Below, in pieces: positions 54,120-64,000 of a DNA stretch of 64,000 nucleotides. The stretch's first letter is position 1; the number at the start of each line of letters is the position of its first letter. The stretch is from Nitrospirota bacterium (GTDB lineage Bacteria; Nitrospirota; UBA9217): assembly GCA_963790205.1 (NCBI GenBank), contig CAWBNQ010000008.1, positions 160,001 to 224,000 on the forward strand. The letters are read 5' to 3'. A program made the position numbers and the translations under genes. Under the pieces are notes generated by a model. The model saw only the letters and a list, made by a program, of their open reading frames with translations, did not search any database and was not told the DNA's origin.

Positions 54120-55202
54120 ATGCACGACATTATGACGAACTTCATCAATCTCGATGCCATCACCATTTTTTACCTGTTTGGGGTAGGGTTTGTGGGCGGC
54201 CTGGTCAGCGGATTCATCGGTTCAGGTGGCGCGTTCGTTCTTACGCCGGGCATGATGAGCCTGGGCGTGCCCGGGCTTGTGGCCGTGGCGAGCAACATGT
54301 GCCACAAATTTCCCAAGGCGCTCGTAGGTTCGCTCAAACGCGCTAAATACGGGCAGGTGGACGTAAAACTCGGCATCGTCCTCGGCATCTCGGCGGAAGC
54401 CGGGGTGCTGTACGGCGCTCAAATTCAGGAAAATATCAAGAAGTCCTTCGGCGACGCGGGCTCCAATCTCTATGTGAGCGTTGCCTTTGTCGTGATCCTC
54501 GCTACGGTCGGCGGTTTTGTCCTTTACGACGCGTGGAAGACCTATAAGTCCGGAAACTCGCAGTCAGCGGAAAAAACCGGGAAGTTGGCACAGTGGGTAC
54601 AGTCCATCAATATTCCCGGCACCATGGTTTATTTTAAGGCGCTCAACGCCCGCGTGTCGATACTCTTTACCATTCCCCTGGGGTTCGCGACCGGAATGCT
54701 GGCGGCCACGATCGCGGTGGGTGGATTCATCGGCGTCCCGGCAATGATCTATGTCCTCGGCGCGCCGAGTCTCATGGCCTCGGCCACGGAGCTCGTGATC
54801 GCCTTTGTGATGGGCCTCGGCGGCTCGCTCAAGTATGCCATGCACGGGCTGGTCGACATCCGTCTCGCCATGATCATCCTCGCCGGTTCCCTCTTCGGCA
54901 TTCAGCTCGGCGCCATCGGCACCACCTATGTGAAGCCATTCATGATCAAAGTGGTGATGGGCCTGATCATGGTGATCGTGCTCTTCAGCCGCGGCCTGAT
55001 GGTCCCGGTTTACCTGGCCCAGCTCGGGCTCATCGATAAGCTCGGTGACGGCACGGTAGCGTTGCTGAAGACCACCAGCTTTGCTATCATGATATTTGCA
55101 TTGCTCACGGGGGCTTTCATCGTCTTGCGCGCCATGTGGCAGGGTCGCGAGGCCGAGAAACTGCGACATGCAGCGGGGGCCCTGGAACATGGGGAAATAT
55201 AG
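54120..55202 (+). CDS. Sulfite exporter TauE/SafE family protein
   Basis: GLVSGFIGSGGAFVLTP and a second repeat AVGGFIGVPAM. Confidence 0.88.
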   Translation: MHDIMTNFINLDAITIFYLFGVGFVGGLVSGFIGSGGAFVLTPGMMSLGVPGLVAVASNMCHKFPKALVGSLKRAKYGQVDVKLGIVLGISAEAGVLYGAQIQENIKKSFGDAGSNLYVSVAFVVILATVGGFVLYDAWKTYKSGNSQSAEKTGKLAQWVQSINIPGTMVYFKALNARVSILFTIPLGFATGMLAATIAVGGFIGVPAMIYVLGAPSLMASATELVIAFVMGLGGSLKYAMHGLVDIRLAMIILAGSLFGIQLGAIGTTYVKPFMIKVVMGLIMVIVLFSRGLMVPVYLAQLGLIDKLGDGTVALLKTTSFAIMIFALLTGAFIVLRAMWQGREAEKLRHAAGALEHGEI

Positions 55203-56037
55203 GAAAATTCTTGTTGCCGTGGACGGTTCGCAATCAAGCCGGAACGCGCTCACGCAGGCGTTCCGGTTTGCTGTTGACGAGAAATGCTGGATCACGGTCA
55301 CGTCCGTGGTGCCGCCCTACGAAGGCGAGATCGAGATACTCGGCATCAAGGATATCAAGGCGGCCCTCCGGAAGCCATGCGAAGATGCCCTGGGCGAGGC
55401 GCAAAGCCTGGCGGAAAAAGAACGGGCGCTCATCAAAACGGTCTGCGAGGAAGGCGAGATCTACGAACGAATTGTAGATTTAGCCGACGCCGAGAACTGC
55501 GATCTGATTATCATGGGGCGGCGGGGACAGCGGCGCCGCACGCTGGTCGGCAGCGTTACCGCGAGGGTCATCGGGCACACGCAGCGTGAAGTACTCGTGG
55601 TGCCGGACGACACCCTTGTCGGATGGAAAAGGATCGTGTTCGCGACCGACGGGTCGAAGTACAGCGCGGCGGCTGCGGAGCGGGCAATCGCTTTCGCAAA
55701 GTCATATGGCGGGGAGTTGAAGGTACTCTCGGTTGTGGATGTTCCTTCGGAATTTTATGCCGATGCGCCCCGGGCGGTGGAGGACCTCGTCCGCAAGGCA
55801 AAAGGCTTTGTGGCTGACGTGAAAAAACAGGCTGAGGCCGCGGGCGTACCGGCCGAGACCTTTGTGGGGGAGTCCGAAGCATATCAGGCGATCAACAACC
55901 TGGTCCCGGAACAGAAGGCTGATATCATTATTCTGGGGTCACACGGCCGTACCGGCCTCCGCCGTCTCCTGATGGGGAGCGTGACCGAAAATGTCATCGG
56001 CCATGCGACCTGCCCGGTGCTGGTGGTCAAGAACTGA
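55189..56037 (+). CDS. Tandem-domain universal stress protein
   Basis: ILVAVDGS...DLIIMGRRG...GSVT and ATDGS...GSHGRTG...GSVT...CPVLVV. Confidence 0.93.
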   Translation: MGKYRKILVAVDGSQSSRNALTQAFRFAVDEKCWITVTSVVPPYEGEIEILGIKDIKAALRKPCEDALGEAQSLAEKERALIKTVCEEGEIYERIVDLADAENCDLIIMGRRGQRRRTLVGSVTARVIGHTQREVLVVPDDTLVGWKRIVFATDGSKYSAAAAERAIAFAKSYGGELKVLSVVDVPSEFYADAPRAVEDLVRKAKGFVADVKKQAEAAGVPAETFVGESEAYQAINNLVPEQKADIIILGSHGRTGLRRLLMGSVTENVIGHATCPVLVVKN

Positions 56038-56118
56038 TGATATCCTGTCGCTGCATGCTCTCTGCAGTGATAGTGGCCTGCTTCGCGGTTTCCGGCCCCT
56101 GCGTTCGTGGAATTTCAA

Positions 56119-56147
56119 TTGACAGGCATACGTATGAGCAGTATAAT
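56119..56147 (+). promoter_or_regulatory. Perfect-consensus sigma70 promoter for the second tatA
   Basis: TTGACA-17 bp-TATAAT. Confidence 0.8.
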
Positions 56148-56174
56148 CCAAACACGCGAAGGAGGAATAAACCC

Positions 56175-56363
56175 ATGTTTGAAGGACTTTTTCAGCCCAT
56201 GCATCTGGTCCTGATCCTTGTGATCGTTCTCATTATTTTCGGTCCCGGAAAGCTTCCGGAACTGGGGGAGGGGCTGGGAAAGAGCATCAAGGCCTTCAAA
56301 AAAGCGATAAAGGACGAGCAGTGCCCTTCAACCATCGAGCACAACGAGGAAAAGAAGGCCTGA
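56175..56363 (+). CDS. tatA: Twin-arginine translocase TatA/E subunit, second copy
   Basis: [36 protein letters not shown]. Confidence 0.92.
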   Translation: MFEGLFQPMHLVLILVIVLIIFGPGKLPELGEGLGKSIKAFKKAIKDEQCPSTIEHNEEKKA

Positions 56364-56556
56364 ACTTCTCGTGTCCGCGCACTACGCCTGGCGACGAATA
56401 ACTGTCCGGTAGAGGGACAAAAGCTGGCGGATCCTGCCTTTTATTTTTTTGAAACAGCCCCCTTCAACCTTTCGCCTTGCGTTTTTCCGAAATCTATATT
56501 ATCCTTTCTTCAATCCTATGCTCAAGAAAACCGCGTGAACCTTACTTTCCTCCGGT

Positions 56557-58371
56557 ATGCCTGATAAAACCTCCCCATTAAAAGGCACGTTGAAGTCCCT
56601 CGGCCTCGTGTTCGGCGACATCGGCACGAGCCCGATCTACACGCTGACCGTCATTTTCTTGCTCACCAAACCGACGGTCGACAATATCATCGGAGTCCTT
56701 TCCCTGATCGTCTGGACGCTGATCCTGCTGGTGACGGTCCAGTACGCATGGCTGGCCATGAGCCTCGGCAAGCGGGGCGAAGGCGGCACGATCGTTCTGC
56801 GGGAGCTTCTGGTCCCGCTTCTCAAATCGGGGAGGCAGGTCGCTCTCGTCACCCTTCTTTCTTTCGTCGGGATTTCGCTTATCATCGGCGACGGCGTCAT
56901 TACTCCCGCCATCAGTATCCTCTCCGCTGTCGAGGGTATTCTCCTGATCCCCAGCTTTGAACGTATGCCACAAACGACGCTCATTATCATAGCGGGGGCC
57001 ATTGCCTTCATCCTTTTCTCGTTCCAGAAAAAGGGCACCGAGAAAGTCGCCGGCGCGTTCGGGCCGATCATGCTTATCTGGTTCGCTGCGCTCACGGTCT
57101 CAGGACTGGCCTCCATCAACCATGCGCCTGCGGTGATCAAGGCGGTGAATCCCTATCATGCGTTCACGTTCCTGGTCCACAACGGCATTACGGGATTTTT
57201 CGTTCTTTCCGAGGTCATCCTGTGCGCCACGGGCGGCGAGGCGCTGTACGCGGACATGGGACACCTGGGGCGCGCGCCCATCGTCAAGTCCTGGTATTTC
57301 GTTTTTTTCGCGCTCGTGCTGAATTATCTGGGCCAGGGCGCTTTTCTTATGGGGCATCCCGAGGCGAAGAACGTGCTCTTTGAGATGGTGTACCATCAGG
57401 CAGAGTTCCTCTACATGCCGTTCCTGGTCCTCTCGATCATGGCCACGGTGATTGCATCGCAGGCCATGATCAGCGGCATGTTCTCGATCGTGTACCAGGG
57501 CATAACGACGCGCATCATGCCCATGTTCAAGGTGGACTACACGTCGGAGGAGCGGCACTCCCAGATCTATATCGGTTTCGTGAACTGGTTCCTTCTTATC
57601 GCCGTGCTCTATATTATCTCGGAGTTCAAAGAATCGAGCAAACTCGCGGCAGCATACGGCCTTGCGGTGACGGGGACCATGACCCTCACCGGCATATTCA
57701 TGACCTGGATCTTCTTTCTCAGACGGCAATACGGCCGTTCCGCGCTCTCGCTCTTCGTCACCTTCGTGACCATGATGTTCCTCGTGTCCAATACCTATAA
57801 GATCCCCCACGGCGGCTACTGGTCCATCATCATCGCCGCCATCCCGTTCTCGATCATCATGCTCTACCGTACCGGCCAGCGGAAGCTCTACTATTCGCTG
57901 CAGCCGCTGCCGATCGATGTTTTTCTGCTGAGCTACAACCAGATCTATAAGGCGATGAACAAGATCAGCGGTACCGCGCTTTTCTTTGCCCGGGACGCAC
58001 AAGAGATACCCCCCTATATCGTCCACACCATGTTCAAGAACAATATCATTTATGAAGACAATATCATCGTCTCGATCGTCAAACGCGAGGACCCCTTCGG
58101 CGTCACCGGGTTTCTCAAGGAAGAGCTCGCCCCGGGCCTCAGGACCTTCGAGGTCCAGATGGGATACATGGAAGTGCCGGATGTGGAGGAAATCCTGCGA
58201 GAAGCCGGGATCACCGAGAAGACCATTTTCTACGGCGTCGAGGAGATCATCCCCACGAACATCATATGGCAGATGTTCTCGGTCATGAAGCGGCTCACGC
58301 CGAACATCGTCCAGTTCTACAAGCTCCCGGCGAACAAGCTCCACGGCGTGGTCACCCGGGTGGAGATGTAA
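56557..58371 (+). CDS. kup: KUP/HAK/KT potassium transporter
   Basis: GDIGTSPIY, GEGG, DGVITPAIS, EALYADMGH and AAAYGLAV. Confidence 0.96.
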   Translation: MPDKTSPLKGTLKSLGLVFGDIGTSPIYTLTVIFLLTKPTVDNIIGVLSLIVWTLILLVTVQYAWLAMSLGKRGEGGTIVLRELLVPLLKSGRQVALVTLLSFVGISLIIGDGVITPAISILSAVEGILLIPSFERMPQTTLIIIAGAIAFILFSFQKKGTEKVAGAFGPIMLIWFAALTVSGLASINHAPAVIKAVNPYHAFTFLVHNGITGFFVLSEVILCATGGEALYADMGHLGRAPIVKSWYFVFFALVLNYLGQGAFLMGHPEAKNVLFEMVYHQAEFLYMPFLVLSIMATVIASQAMISGMFSIVYQGITTRIMPMFKVDYTSEERHSQIYIGFVNWFLLIAVLYIISEFKESSKLAAAYGLAVTGTMTLTGIFMTWIFFLRRQYGRSALSLFVTFVTMMFLVSNTYKIPHGGYWSIIIAAIPFSIIMLYRTGQRKLYYSLQPLPIDVFLLSYNQIYKAMNKISGTALFFARDAQEIPPYIVHTMFKNNIIYEDNIIVSIVKREDPFGVTGFLKEELAPGLRTFEVQMGYMEVPDVEEILREAGITEKTIFYGVEEIIPTNIIWQMFSVMKRLTPNIVQFYKLPANKLHGVVTRVEM

Positions 58372-58405
58372 ATTATATTGCGAATTTCGGAATGCGGAGT
58401 GCGGA

Positions 58406-58735
58406 ATGAAAATATTCGAGATGTCCGGCGGGATCAAAGAATCAGGAGAGTCCATCCTCGGGTCTCGTGAAACGGGCAGCCACGCCTGCTATCTCGTCTA
58501 CGGAGTGCTCAAGCCGGGAGAGCGCGGGCGGGTCCTGAAACCCGGTCATGGCCATGAGGAAATCATCCTTGCCCTCCATGGCGATCTTGCGCTGACCGGA
58601 AAGGAGACGGGAATCCTGAAACAAGGCCAAGCGCTCCACCTGCAAGGCGAGGAATCGGTTTCCGTTGAGAACGACGGCAGTGAACAGGCAATATATGTCA
58701 TCTCCGGCGGGCATTCGGAACACGGACATGATTGA
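58406..58735 (+). CDS. Cupin-like small protein
   Basis: GSHACYLVYG.L.PGE...GHEEI pattern, beta-rich. Confidence 0.6.
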   Translation: MKIFEMSGGIKESGESILGSRETGSHACYLVYGVLKPGERGRVLKPGHGHEEIILALHGDLALTGKETGILKQGQALHLQGEESVSVENDGSEQAIYVISGGHSEHGHD

Positions 58736-58771
58736 GTCGTGGTCCTGCGATCAACAAGGAGGAAAACAAAA

Positions 58772-59515
58772 ATGATGAGAACGGCAAATCCTGCACTGAA
58801 CGACAACACTTTTAGGGGCTACGGGCGGGCAATCGCTTCGGGCGACAGCATGACGATCCATGGAACGGTGAACAAGGCCGCGGTGCTGTTGCTGCTTGTG
58901 CTGCTGACCGCATCCTTGACATGGAAACTGTATTACACAGCTACGAACTCGCTTGGAATCTGGATTTTAGGCGGGGCGATCGGCGGCTTTATCGTCGCCA
59001 TGGTCACGGTCTTCAGGAAACAATGGGCCGCATTGACGGCCCCGCTCTATGCCCTCCTGGAAGGGCTGGTGCTCGGCGGGATATCGTCAGTGCTCGAAGC
59101 CCGCTACCCGGGCATCGTGATCCAGGCCGTGGGGCTCACCTTCGGCACGCTCTTCGGGCTCCTGTTCGCGTACAAGTCGGGGATGATCAAAGCGACGGAG
59201 AACTTCAAGCTCGGCGTTGTCGCGGCAACGGGCGGGATCGCGGTCGTATATCTGGTTACGATGTTGCTCGGCTTCTTCGGAATCCGTATGCCCTATATCC
59301 ATGAGAGCGGGATGATCGGGATCGGCTTCAGCCTCTTCGTCGTCATCATCGCGGCCCTGAACCTCGTCCTCGACTTCGATTTTATCGAGAGCGGCGCGGC
59401 GCAGGGTGCTCCGAAGTATATGGAGTGGTACGGCGCCTTCGGCCTCATGGTCACGCTGATCTGGCTCTATATCGAGATATTGAGGCTGCTTTCGAAGATG
59501 CGGAGCAGGAGATAA
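58772..59515 (+). CDS. Bax inhibitor-1/YccA family membrane protein
   Basis: MRTANPAL, YALLEG, LVLDFD and EWYGAFGL.VTLIWLYIEILRLL. Confidence 0.9.
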   Translation: MMRTANPALNDNTFRGYGRAIASGDSMTIHGTVNKAAVLLLLVLLTASLTWKLYYTATNSLGIWILGGAIGGFIVAMVTVFRKQWAALTAPLYALLEGLVLGGISSVLEARYPGIVIQAVGLTFGTLFGLLFAYKSGMIKATENFKLGVVAATGGIAVVYLVTMLLGFFGIRMPYIHESGMIGIGFSLFVVIIAALNLVLDFDFIESGAAQGAPKYMEWYGAFGLMVTLIWLYIEILRLLSKMRSRR

Positions 59516-59986
59516 GTGGCTTAACCCCCTCTCTCCCCCGCGGAGGGGCTTAGCTTTGGATTATTTACTTTATCTTCGCAGTATGCTAATATTGAAACAG
59601 AGATAATGAGGGCGGAGAAGCGGCGTCTTGAGATGATGGTTCAGATAGTAAAAACATCCCATGATTGGGAGAGTGAGGACGAAAAAGAAGGCAGAGTAAA
59701 GACAGGCCGTCGAAAAAAGCTGCTATAAAAAAACTTGTCATTCCGAGCGACAGCGAAAAATCCGGCAAGACAACACTGAGGATTAACTTCGCGAAGAATA
59801 TCATGGTGGCGCAAGTATTGGGCCAGTAGTGCTTTGAGAGAGAGGTCAGAGCGTTTTTTAAGACAGCTGTTATCGCTTCACGGTGATATATAAGTGCTCT
59901 GTCGAAGGAGTTGCCCTCAAGGGGTGGCCCTATCCTTTACCGTCTTGTCTTTCACAAACAAGGCAAGAAAAAAAGGAGAACAGGCA

Positions 59987-60742
59987 ATGAAAAAGTATGC
60001 CTTACTCTGTTTCGCGATGGGTTTAGCTTTGACTTTTGGTACAAGTGCGATGGCGGCAGGTGACGTCCCGGGAACCGGCATCATGAACACGCCTCACGAC
60101 CTGAGGTTTCCCGGCACGCCTGGTTATGGCGAGAGGGTAGAGCAGGCTGGTCTGGAGGGGATATGCATGTATTGCCATGCCCCGCACAATGCCAGGAAGC
60201 TTGACAGCATGGTTTCGTATGTGCCTCTCTGGAATCATACCATTGCCCTGGACACGGTATTTACGATGTACATGAAGATGGATAGCACCGGTTTGTCAGG
60301 CCCAGGACAGCAGGAGCTAACGGTCATAAATCTGGCCTTTGCTCCCGGCTCCGTGTCCCAGCTCTGCCTGAGCTGCCATGACGGCTCTGTTGCCACGAAC
60401 GAGTACGGATTCATGCTCTCCCTATCGAAAAGAGGAGCAGGGCAGCACTACATAACCAGCCCTCCCTTAAAAAACGGCTTCGGCACTACTTTCTCGGCTG
60501 GTCATCCAATCGGTTTTGACTATCAGTCCTTTGTAAATGTTAATGATGCAATCAATCCCGTCACGGCTCCCGTGGTAGGAACTTTGAATGGCGGTCCTGC
60601 AACAATCGGCGAACTTCTCTGGAACGGCCGAGTGGAATGCATCACCTGTCATGATGTGCACAACTACAAGAACGGCGGGCCGAAATTCACCTGGGTTAAC
60701 GACACGAAGAGCAAACTGTGCCGGATTTGCCACGGCGTATGA
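59987..60742 (+). CDS. Secreted tetraheme c-type cytochrome, OmcE-like
   Basis: Signal peptide; CMYCH, CLSCH, CITCH and CRICH plus four extra His (PHDL, APH, HP, VH). Confidence 0.85.
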   Translation: MKKYALLCFAMGLALTFGTSAMAAGDVPGTGIMNTPHDLRFPGTPGYGERVEQAGLEGICMYCHAPHNARKLDSMVSYVPLWNHTIALDTVFTMYMKMDSTGLSGPGQQELTVINLAFAPGSVSQLCLSCHDGSVATNEYGFMLSLSKRGAGQHYITSPPLKNGFGTTFSAGHPIGFDYQSFVNVNDAINPVTAPVVGTLNGGPATIGELLWNGRVECITCHDVHNYKNGGPKFTWVNDTKSKLCRICHGV

Positions 60743-60818
60743 GGAGAATATCACCGGTGTTCTCCGCCGAACCCGATTGACGCATACGCTATTCCCGGGA
60801 GGGGGGTAATTTATGCAA

Positions 60819-61919
60819 TTAGAGCGGCAGCTTCTTTGTTTCTTCGATCTCGTGGCCGGCTTCGGTCCCGGTCAACGACTGGAGCTTGTCGCCGAACTTC
60901 AAGAGCCGCTTGTCCGCTTCGTCATATCTTGCCTTGGTATTCGTCAGATGCTTCCCGACCAATTCGAACTCGTCTTGAAATTTTCTGAAGTCACCCGATA
61001 GTCTCGCGAGGTTTTTCAGGATCTCCTGGGCCTGTTCCTCGATGTGCAGGCCTTTGAGGCCCAAAAGGATGGTCTGAAGGTAGGCGTAGAAGCTGTTCGG
61101 TGAGACCGGGATCACGCGCTTCGTGAAAGCGTAGCTCAAGAGCGCCTTGTCCGTGTCCACGGCCTCGTCCTTGATGATGAGCTCGTAGTACACGTTTTCG
61201 GCCGGGATGTACATGAGGGCGAAGTCGAAGGTGCCTTCGTCGGGCAGGATATATTTTCCGGCAATGGCATCTACGTGTTTTTTCACGTCAGCGATGAACT
61301 TCCGCTTGGCTGCTTTGCGCTCTTCTTCCGAGGCCGTATCGACAACGCGCCTGAAGTTTTCGAGAGGGAACTTGGCGTCCACGGGAACGAGGCTCTGCCC
61401 GATCTTGATGACCGCGTCCACTGCCTCGCCGCTCTTGAACCGGTGCTGGAGCGTGTAGTGCGCTGGAGGGAAGATCTGGGCCAGGAGGTCTCCGAGGAAG
61501 AGCTCGCCCAATCCGCCGCGAAGCTTCGGAGAGCGGAGTATCTCCTGCAGACTCGCGATGTCTTTTCCCACGTCGAAAACTTTTTTTGTGGCTTCGGAGA
61601 GGCTCCCGAGCCCCTTGCTCACTTCCTGCACGACCCGGGCCGCGTTGTCCAACCTCGTATTCAAATCGCCCGTTGATTTTTGGAGCTGTTGCGTTACTTG
61701 ATTCAGCTGATTATTCACCTGCAGATTGATCTGGGAGAGCTGCTGGTTGACCGTATCCTGATTTTTTAACATGGCGTCCGTGAGCTGGCCCCGGAGGGAC
61801 TGCACCTCCTGCTGCATCAGGCCGATGGACGGATCCGCGGTCTTCTTCATGGACTGAACAATCAGCCAGAAAAGGAGGACGATGACCGCTGCAAGAAGTA
61901 TGAGGATGGTGATCTGCAT
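60819..61919 (-). CDS. rmuC: DNA recombination protein RmuC
   Basis: N-terminal TM, coiled coil, PK.RG..GE, VDAKFP, DFALMYIPAE and VSP. Confidence 0.93.
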   Translation of the reverse strand: MQITILILLAAVIVLLFWLIVQSMKKTADPSIGLMQQEVQSLRGQLTDAMLKNQDTVNQQLSQINLQVNNQLNQVTQQLQKSTGDLNTRLDNAARVVQEVSKGLGSLSEATKKVFDVGKDIASLQEILRSPKLRGGLGELFLGDLLAQIFPPAHYTLQHRFKSGEAVDAVIKIGQSLVPVDAKFPLENFRRVVDTASEEERKAAKRKFIADVKKHVDAIAGKYILPDEGTFDFALMYIPAENVYYELIIKDEAVDTDKALLSYAFTKRVIPVSPNSFYAYLQTILLGLKGLHIEEQAQEILKNLARLSGDFRKFQDEFELVGKHLTNTKARYDEADKRLLKFGDKLQSLTGTEAGHEIEETKKLPL

Positions 61920-61923
61920 TTTA

Positions 61924-61982
61924 TTCAGGTTAAGGTTGAGGCTGAGACGTCCGGATTTATCCTTAATCTTGGCCTCAGCCTG
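61924..61982. repeat. Hexamer palindromic repeat (GGTT(A/G)A)
   Basis: caggttaaggttgaggctgag...cttaatcttggcctcagcctg. Confidence 0.55.
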
Positions 61983-61984
61983 TT

Positions 61985-62983
61985 TTATTTGATTTCAAGC
62001 ATTCTGTCCAGTGCCCGCTTGGCCGGCACCCGTATCTCCTCCGGCACCTTGATCACGTACTGCATCTTCTCCATGGCCGCAAGCACGCTCGTAAGCTTCG
62101 TCCTCTTCATGTTCGGGCAGACCATTTCTTTATTCAGGATGTAAAATTGTTTGTCCGGGCTGTCCTTCCTGAGCCGGTAAAGGATGCCTTCCTCGGTGCC
62201 GATGATGAATTCCCGGTTGCTCGATTCCTTGCAGAAGCGAAGCATGCCCGAGGTGCTCGTGATCCGGTCGGCCATGTCCTGGACTGCCGGGGGGCATTCG
62301 GGATGGACGACCAGAACCGCATCGGGATGCTCGGTCTTCGCCCTGGTAACGTCCTCGATATCGAGGTGCGCGTGATGGACGTTACAGAAGCCGTCCCAGG
62401 ATATGATCTTCTTCTTCGTTCTTTTGGCGGCGTAGGCCGAGAGGTTCCGGTCAGGGATGCAGATGACGGTGTCCTCTTTGAGGGATCCCACGACCTTCAC
62501 GACATTCGACGAGGTGCAGCAGATATCGCTTTCGGCCTTGACAGCGGCCGAGGTGTTCACGTAGGCAACGACCGGCGCGCCGGGATACTTTTTCTTCATG
62601 TCCAAAAGCGTGAATTCGTCGGCAAACTCGAAGGTAATGCCCAAGATGTCGGTGTACAGGTCCCGCCGTGTCTTGCGCGGACCGTTGACCGTGACCATGT
62701 CGGCCATGGGGCAGCCGGCGCCGAGCTCGGGGAGCAGGACGATCTTGTCCGGCGAGAGGATCGAGGCGCTTTCGGCCATGAAATGGACGCCGCAGAACAC
62801 GATGACCTGGTAATCCGTTTTCGCCGCGGCGCGCGAGAGTTCGAGCGAGTCGCCGGTGAAGTCCGCGATGTCCTGGACCTCGGGCCGCTGATAATTATGC
62901 GCGAGGATGATCGCGTTCAGGTCTTTTTTGAGTTTCAGGATTTTGTCACGGGTAATAGCGATGTCGGTCTTCTGGGCGGTCAT
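61985..62983 (-). CDS. nadA: Quinolinate synthase
   Basis: [35 protein letters not shown] and CPNM. Confidence 0.96.
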   Translation of the reverse strand: MTAQKTDIAITRDKILKLKKDLNAIILAHNYQRPEVQDIADFTGDSLELSRAAAKTDYQVIVFCGVHFMAESASILSPDKIVLLPELGAGCPMADMVTVNGPRKTRRDLYTDILGITFEFADEFTLLDMKKKYPGAPVVAYVNTSAAVKAESDICCTSSNVVKVVGSLKEDTVICIPDRNLSAYAAKRTKKKIISWDGFCNVHHAHLDIEDVTRAKTEHPDAVLVVHPECPPAVQDMADRITSTSGMLRFCKESSNREFIIGTEEGILYRLRKDSPDKQFYILNKEMVCPNMKRTKLTSVLAAMEKMQYVIKVPEEIRVPAKRALDRMLEIK

Positions 62984-63042
62984 AGGTAAGCTGATAATAC
63001 AGACAACGGCACGGTGTTGTCAAATGGAAATTCTTTCATTGG

Positions 63043-63142
63043 GCCACAAAGGCAAGAAGGGTCAAAGTAAACATCGTTCTTTACTTCGTGTCTTAGCCTG
63101 CACCCAGCGGTTACGAGTGGTAACGCGAGTGCAGGGTGTGAT
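63043..63142. repeat. Octamer palindromic element carrying the same nested 42-bp insert (63096-63137), inverted
   Basis: ccacaaaggcaagaagg...cttcgtgtctta[insert]gtg. Confidence 0.75.
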
Positions 63143-63210
63143 CACATGCAAGTATAGGCTTAACGGCTTTTCTGTTGCACGCCAAGCTGATTTCGGGTAT
63201 TCTATCGCTT

Positions 63211-64000
63211 ATGACTGATGAGCAGAAATTCAAATCCGGTTTCATTTCCATCATCGGCAGGCCGAACGTGGGCAAATCCACGCTCCTGAACGCGCTTTTG
63301 GGCGAGAAGATCGCCATCATCTCCGACAAGCCGCAGACCACGCGAAACCGCATTCTGGGCATCGTGAGCCGGGCCGGAGCGCAGATGGTGTTCATGGACA
63401 CGCCGGGCATCCACAAGCCCATGCACAAGATGAACGAGTTCATGGTCAAGACCGCGCTTGCGACGTACAACGAAGTGGATGTGATCCTGATGCTCGTCGA
63501 GGCCACGGAGCAGCCAGGCGGGGGAGACCGGTTTATCATTGAAACCCTTTCTCAACTGAAAACACCGGTCTTTCTCCTTATCAACAAAACAGACCTTATC
63601 AAAAAAGAAGCTTTGCTGCCGCTCATGCAGGAGTATGGCAGGCTCTATGACTTTGCCGAGATCATTCCCATATCCGCGCTCCGGAACGACCTCGGGGGCC
63701 TTATTGACATCATCCTTAAGCGGCTGCCCCAGGGGCCGAAATATTTCCCCGATGACCAGCTTACGGACCAGCCCGAGCGCTTCGTCGTGAGCGAGCTTAT
63801 CCGGGAAAAGATCTTTGAATTGACCAAGGAAGAGATCCCCTATTCCACGGCCGTGGCCATCGAGGAAATGAAGGAAGAGCCGGACATCACGCGCATCACC
63901 GCAGTTATCTACGTGGAGCGCGACTCGCAGAAGGGCATCCTGATCGGCAAGGGCGGGGGAATGCTCAAACAGATCGGCACATTCGCCCGGCAGGACGCGG
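63211..64000 (+). CDS. era: GTPase Era, 3'-truncated by the window edge (missing from the ORF track)
   Basis: MTDEQKFKSGFISIIGRPNVGKST, PQTTR, DTPG, NKTD, EEIPYS and SQKGILIGKGG. Confidence 0.96.
   Translation, partial: MTDEQKFKSGFISIIGRPNVGKSTLLNALLGEKIAIISDKPQTTRNRILGIVSRAGAQMVFMDTPGIHKPMHKMNEFMVKTALATYNEVDVILMLVEATEQPGGGDRFIIETLSQLKTPVFLLINKTDLIKKEALLPLMQEYGRLYDFAEIIPISALRNDLGGLIDIILKRLPQGPKYFPDDQLTDQPERFVVSELIREKIFELTKEEIPYSTAVAIEEMKEEPDITRITAVIYVERDSQKGILIGKGGGMLKQIGTFARQDA

Noticed and set aside
56364..56556. c-di-AMP (ydaO) riboswitch upstream of kup
   Set aside because: The characteristic conserved segments were not found by eye.
59740..59986. GEMM-I (c-di-GMP/cGAMP) riboswitch upstream of the OmcE-like gene
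   Set aside because: Only scattered partial words (GGCAA, GGCGCAAG) without the paired P1/P2 tetraloop-receptor architecture; an Infernal search would settle it.

Overview
A gene-dense, moderately GC-rich bacterial window. Gene content suggests an anaerobic Nitrospirota- or Desulfobacterota-like organism, but that is an inference. From left to right it holds: the end of an N-ATPase-type operon (atpA-atpG); an FGE-domain protein; a UbiB kinase; a P3A-type H+-ATPase; ClC-CBS; Usp; PfpI; an AsmA-like protein; S41 and DegQ proteases; a membrane diheme cytochrome; a decayed cupredoxin; a class A beta-lactamase-like protein; MarR; pal; and a second ClC. Two tandem six-gene Ehr (hyfBCEFGI-like) operons follow; their large subunits lack the Ni-binding cysteines and the second operon has three frameshifts. 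After Tex comes a divergent sigma54 module bracketed by two tatA paralogues: Lon with an inserted receiver domain, a histidine kinase and an NtrC-type regulator on one side, and FAExGE-motif proteins, TauE and Usp on the other. The window ends with Kup, BI-1/YccA, an OmcE-like tetraheme cytochrome, rmuC, nadA and partial era. The strongest candidates for new biology are: (1) a phosphorylation-gated Lon wired into a two-component system; (2) the duplicated Ehr complexes with a pseudoknot-capable 5' leader; (3) an OmcE-like nanowire cytochrome; and (4) palindromic short-repeat elements in many intergenic gaps, two of which carry the same 42-bp mini-insert at the same target position. No rRNA, tRNA, CRISPR array or transposase was recognised.
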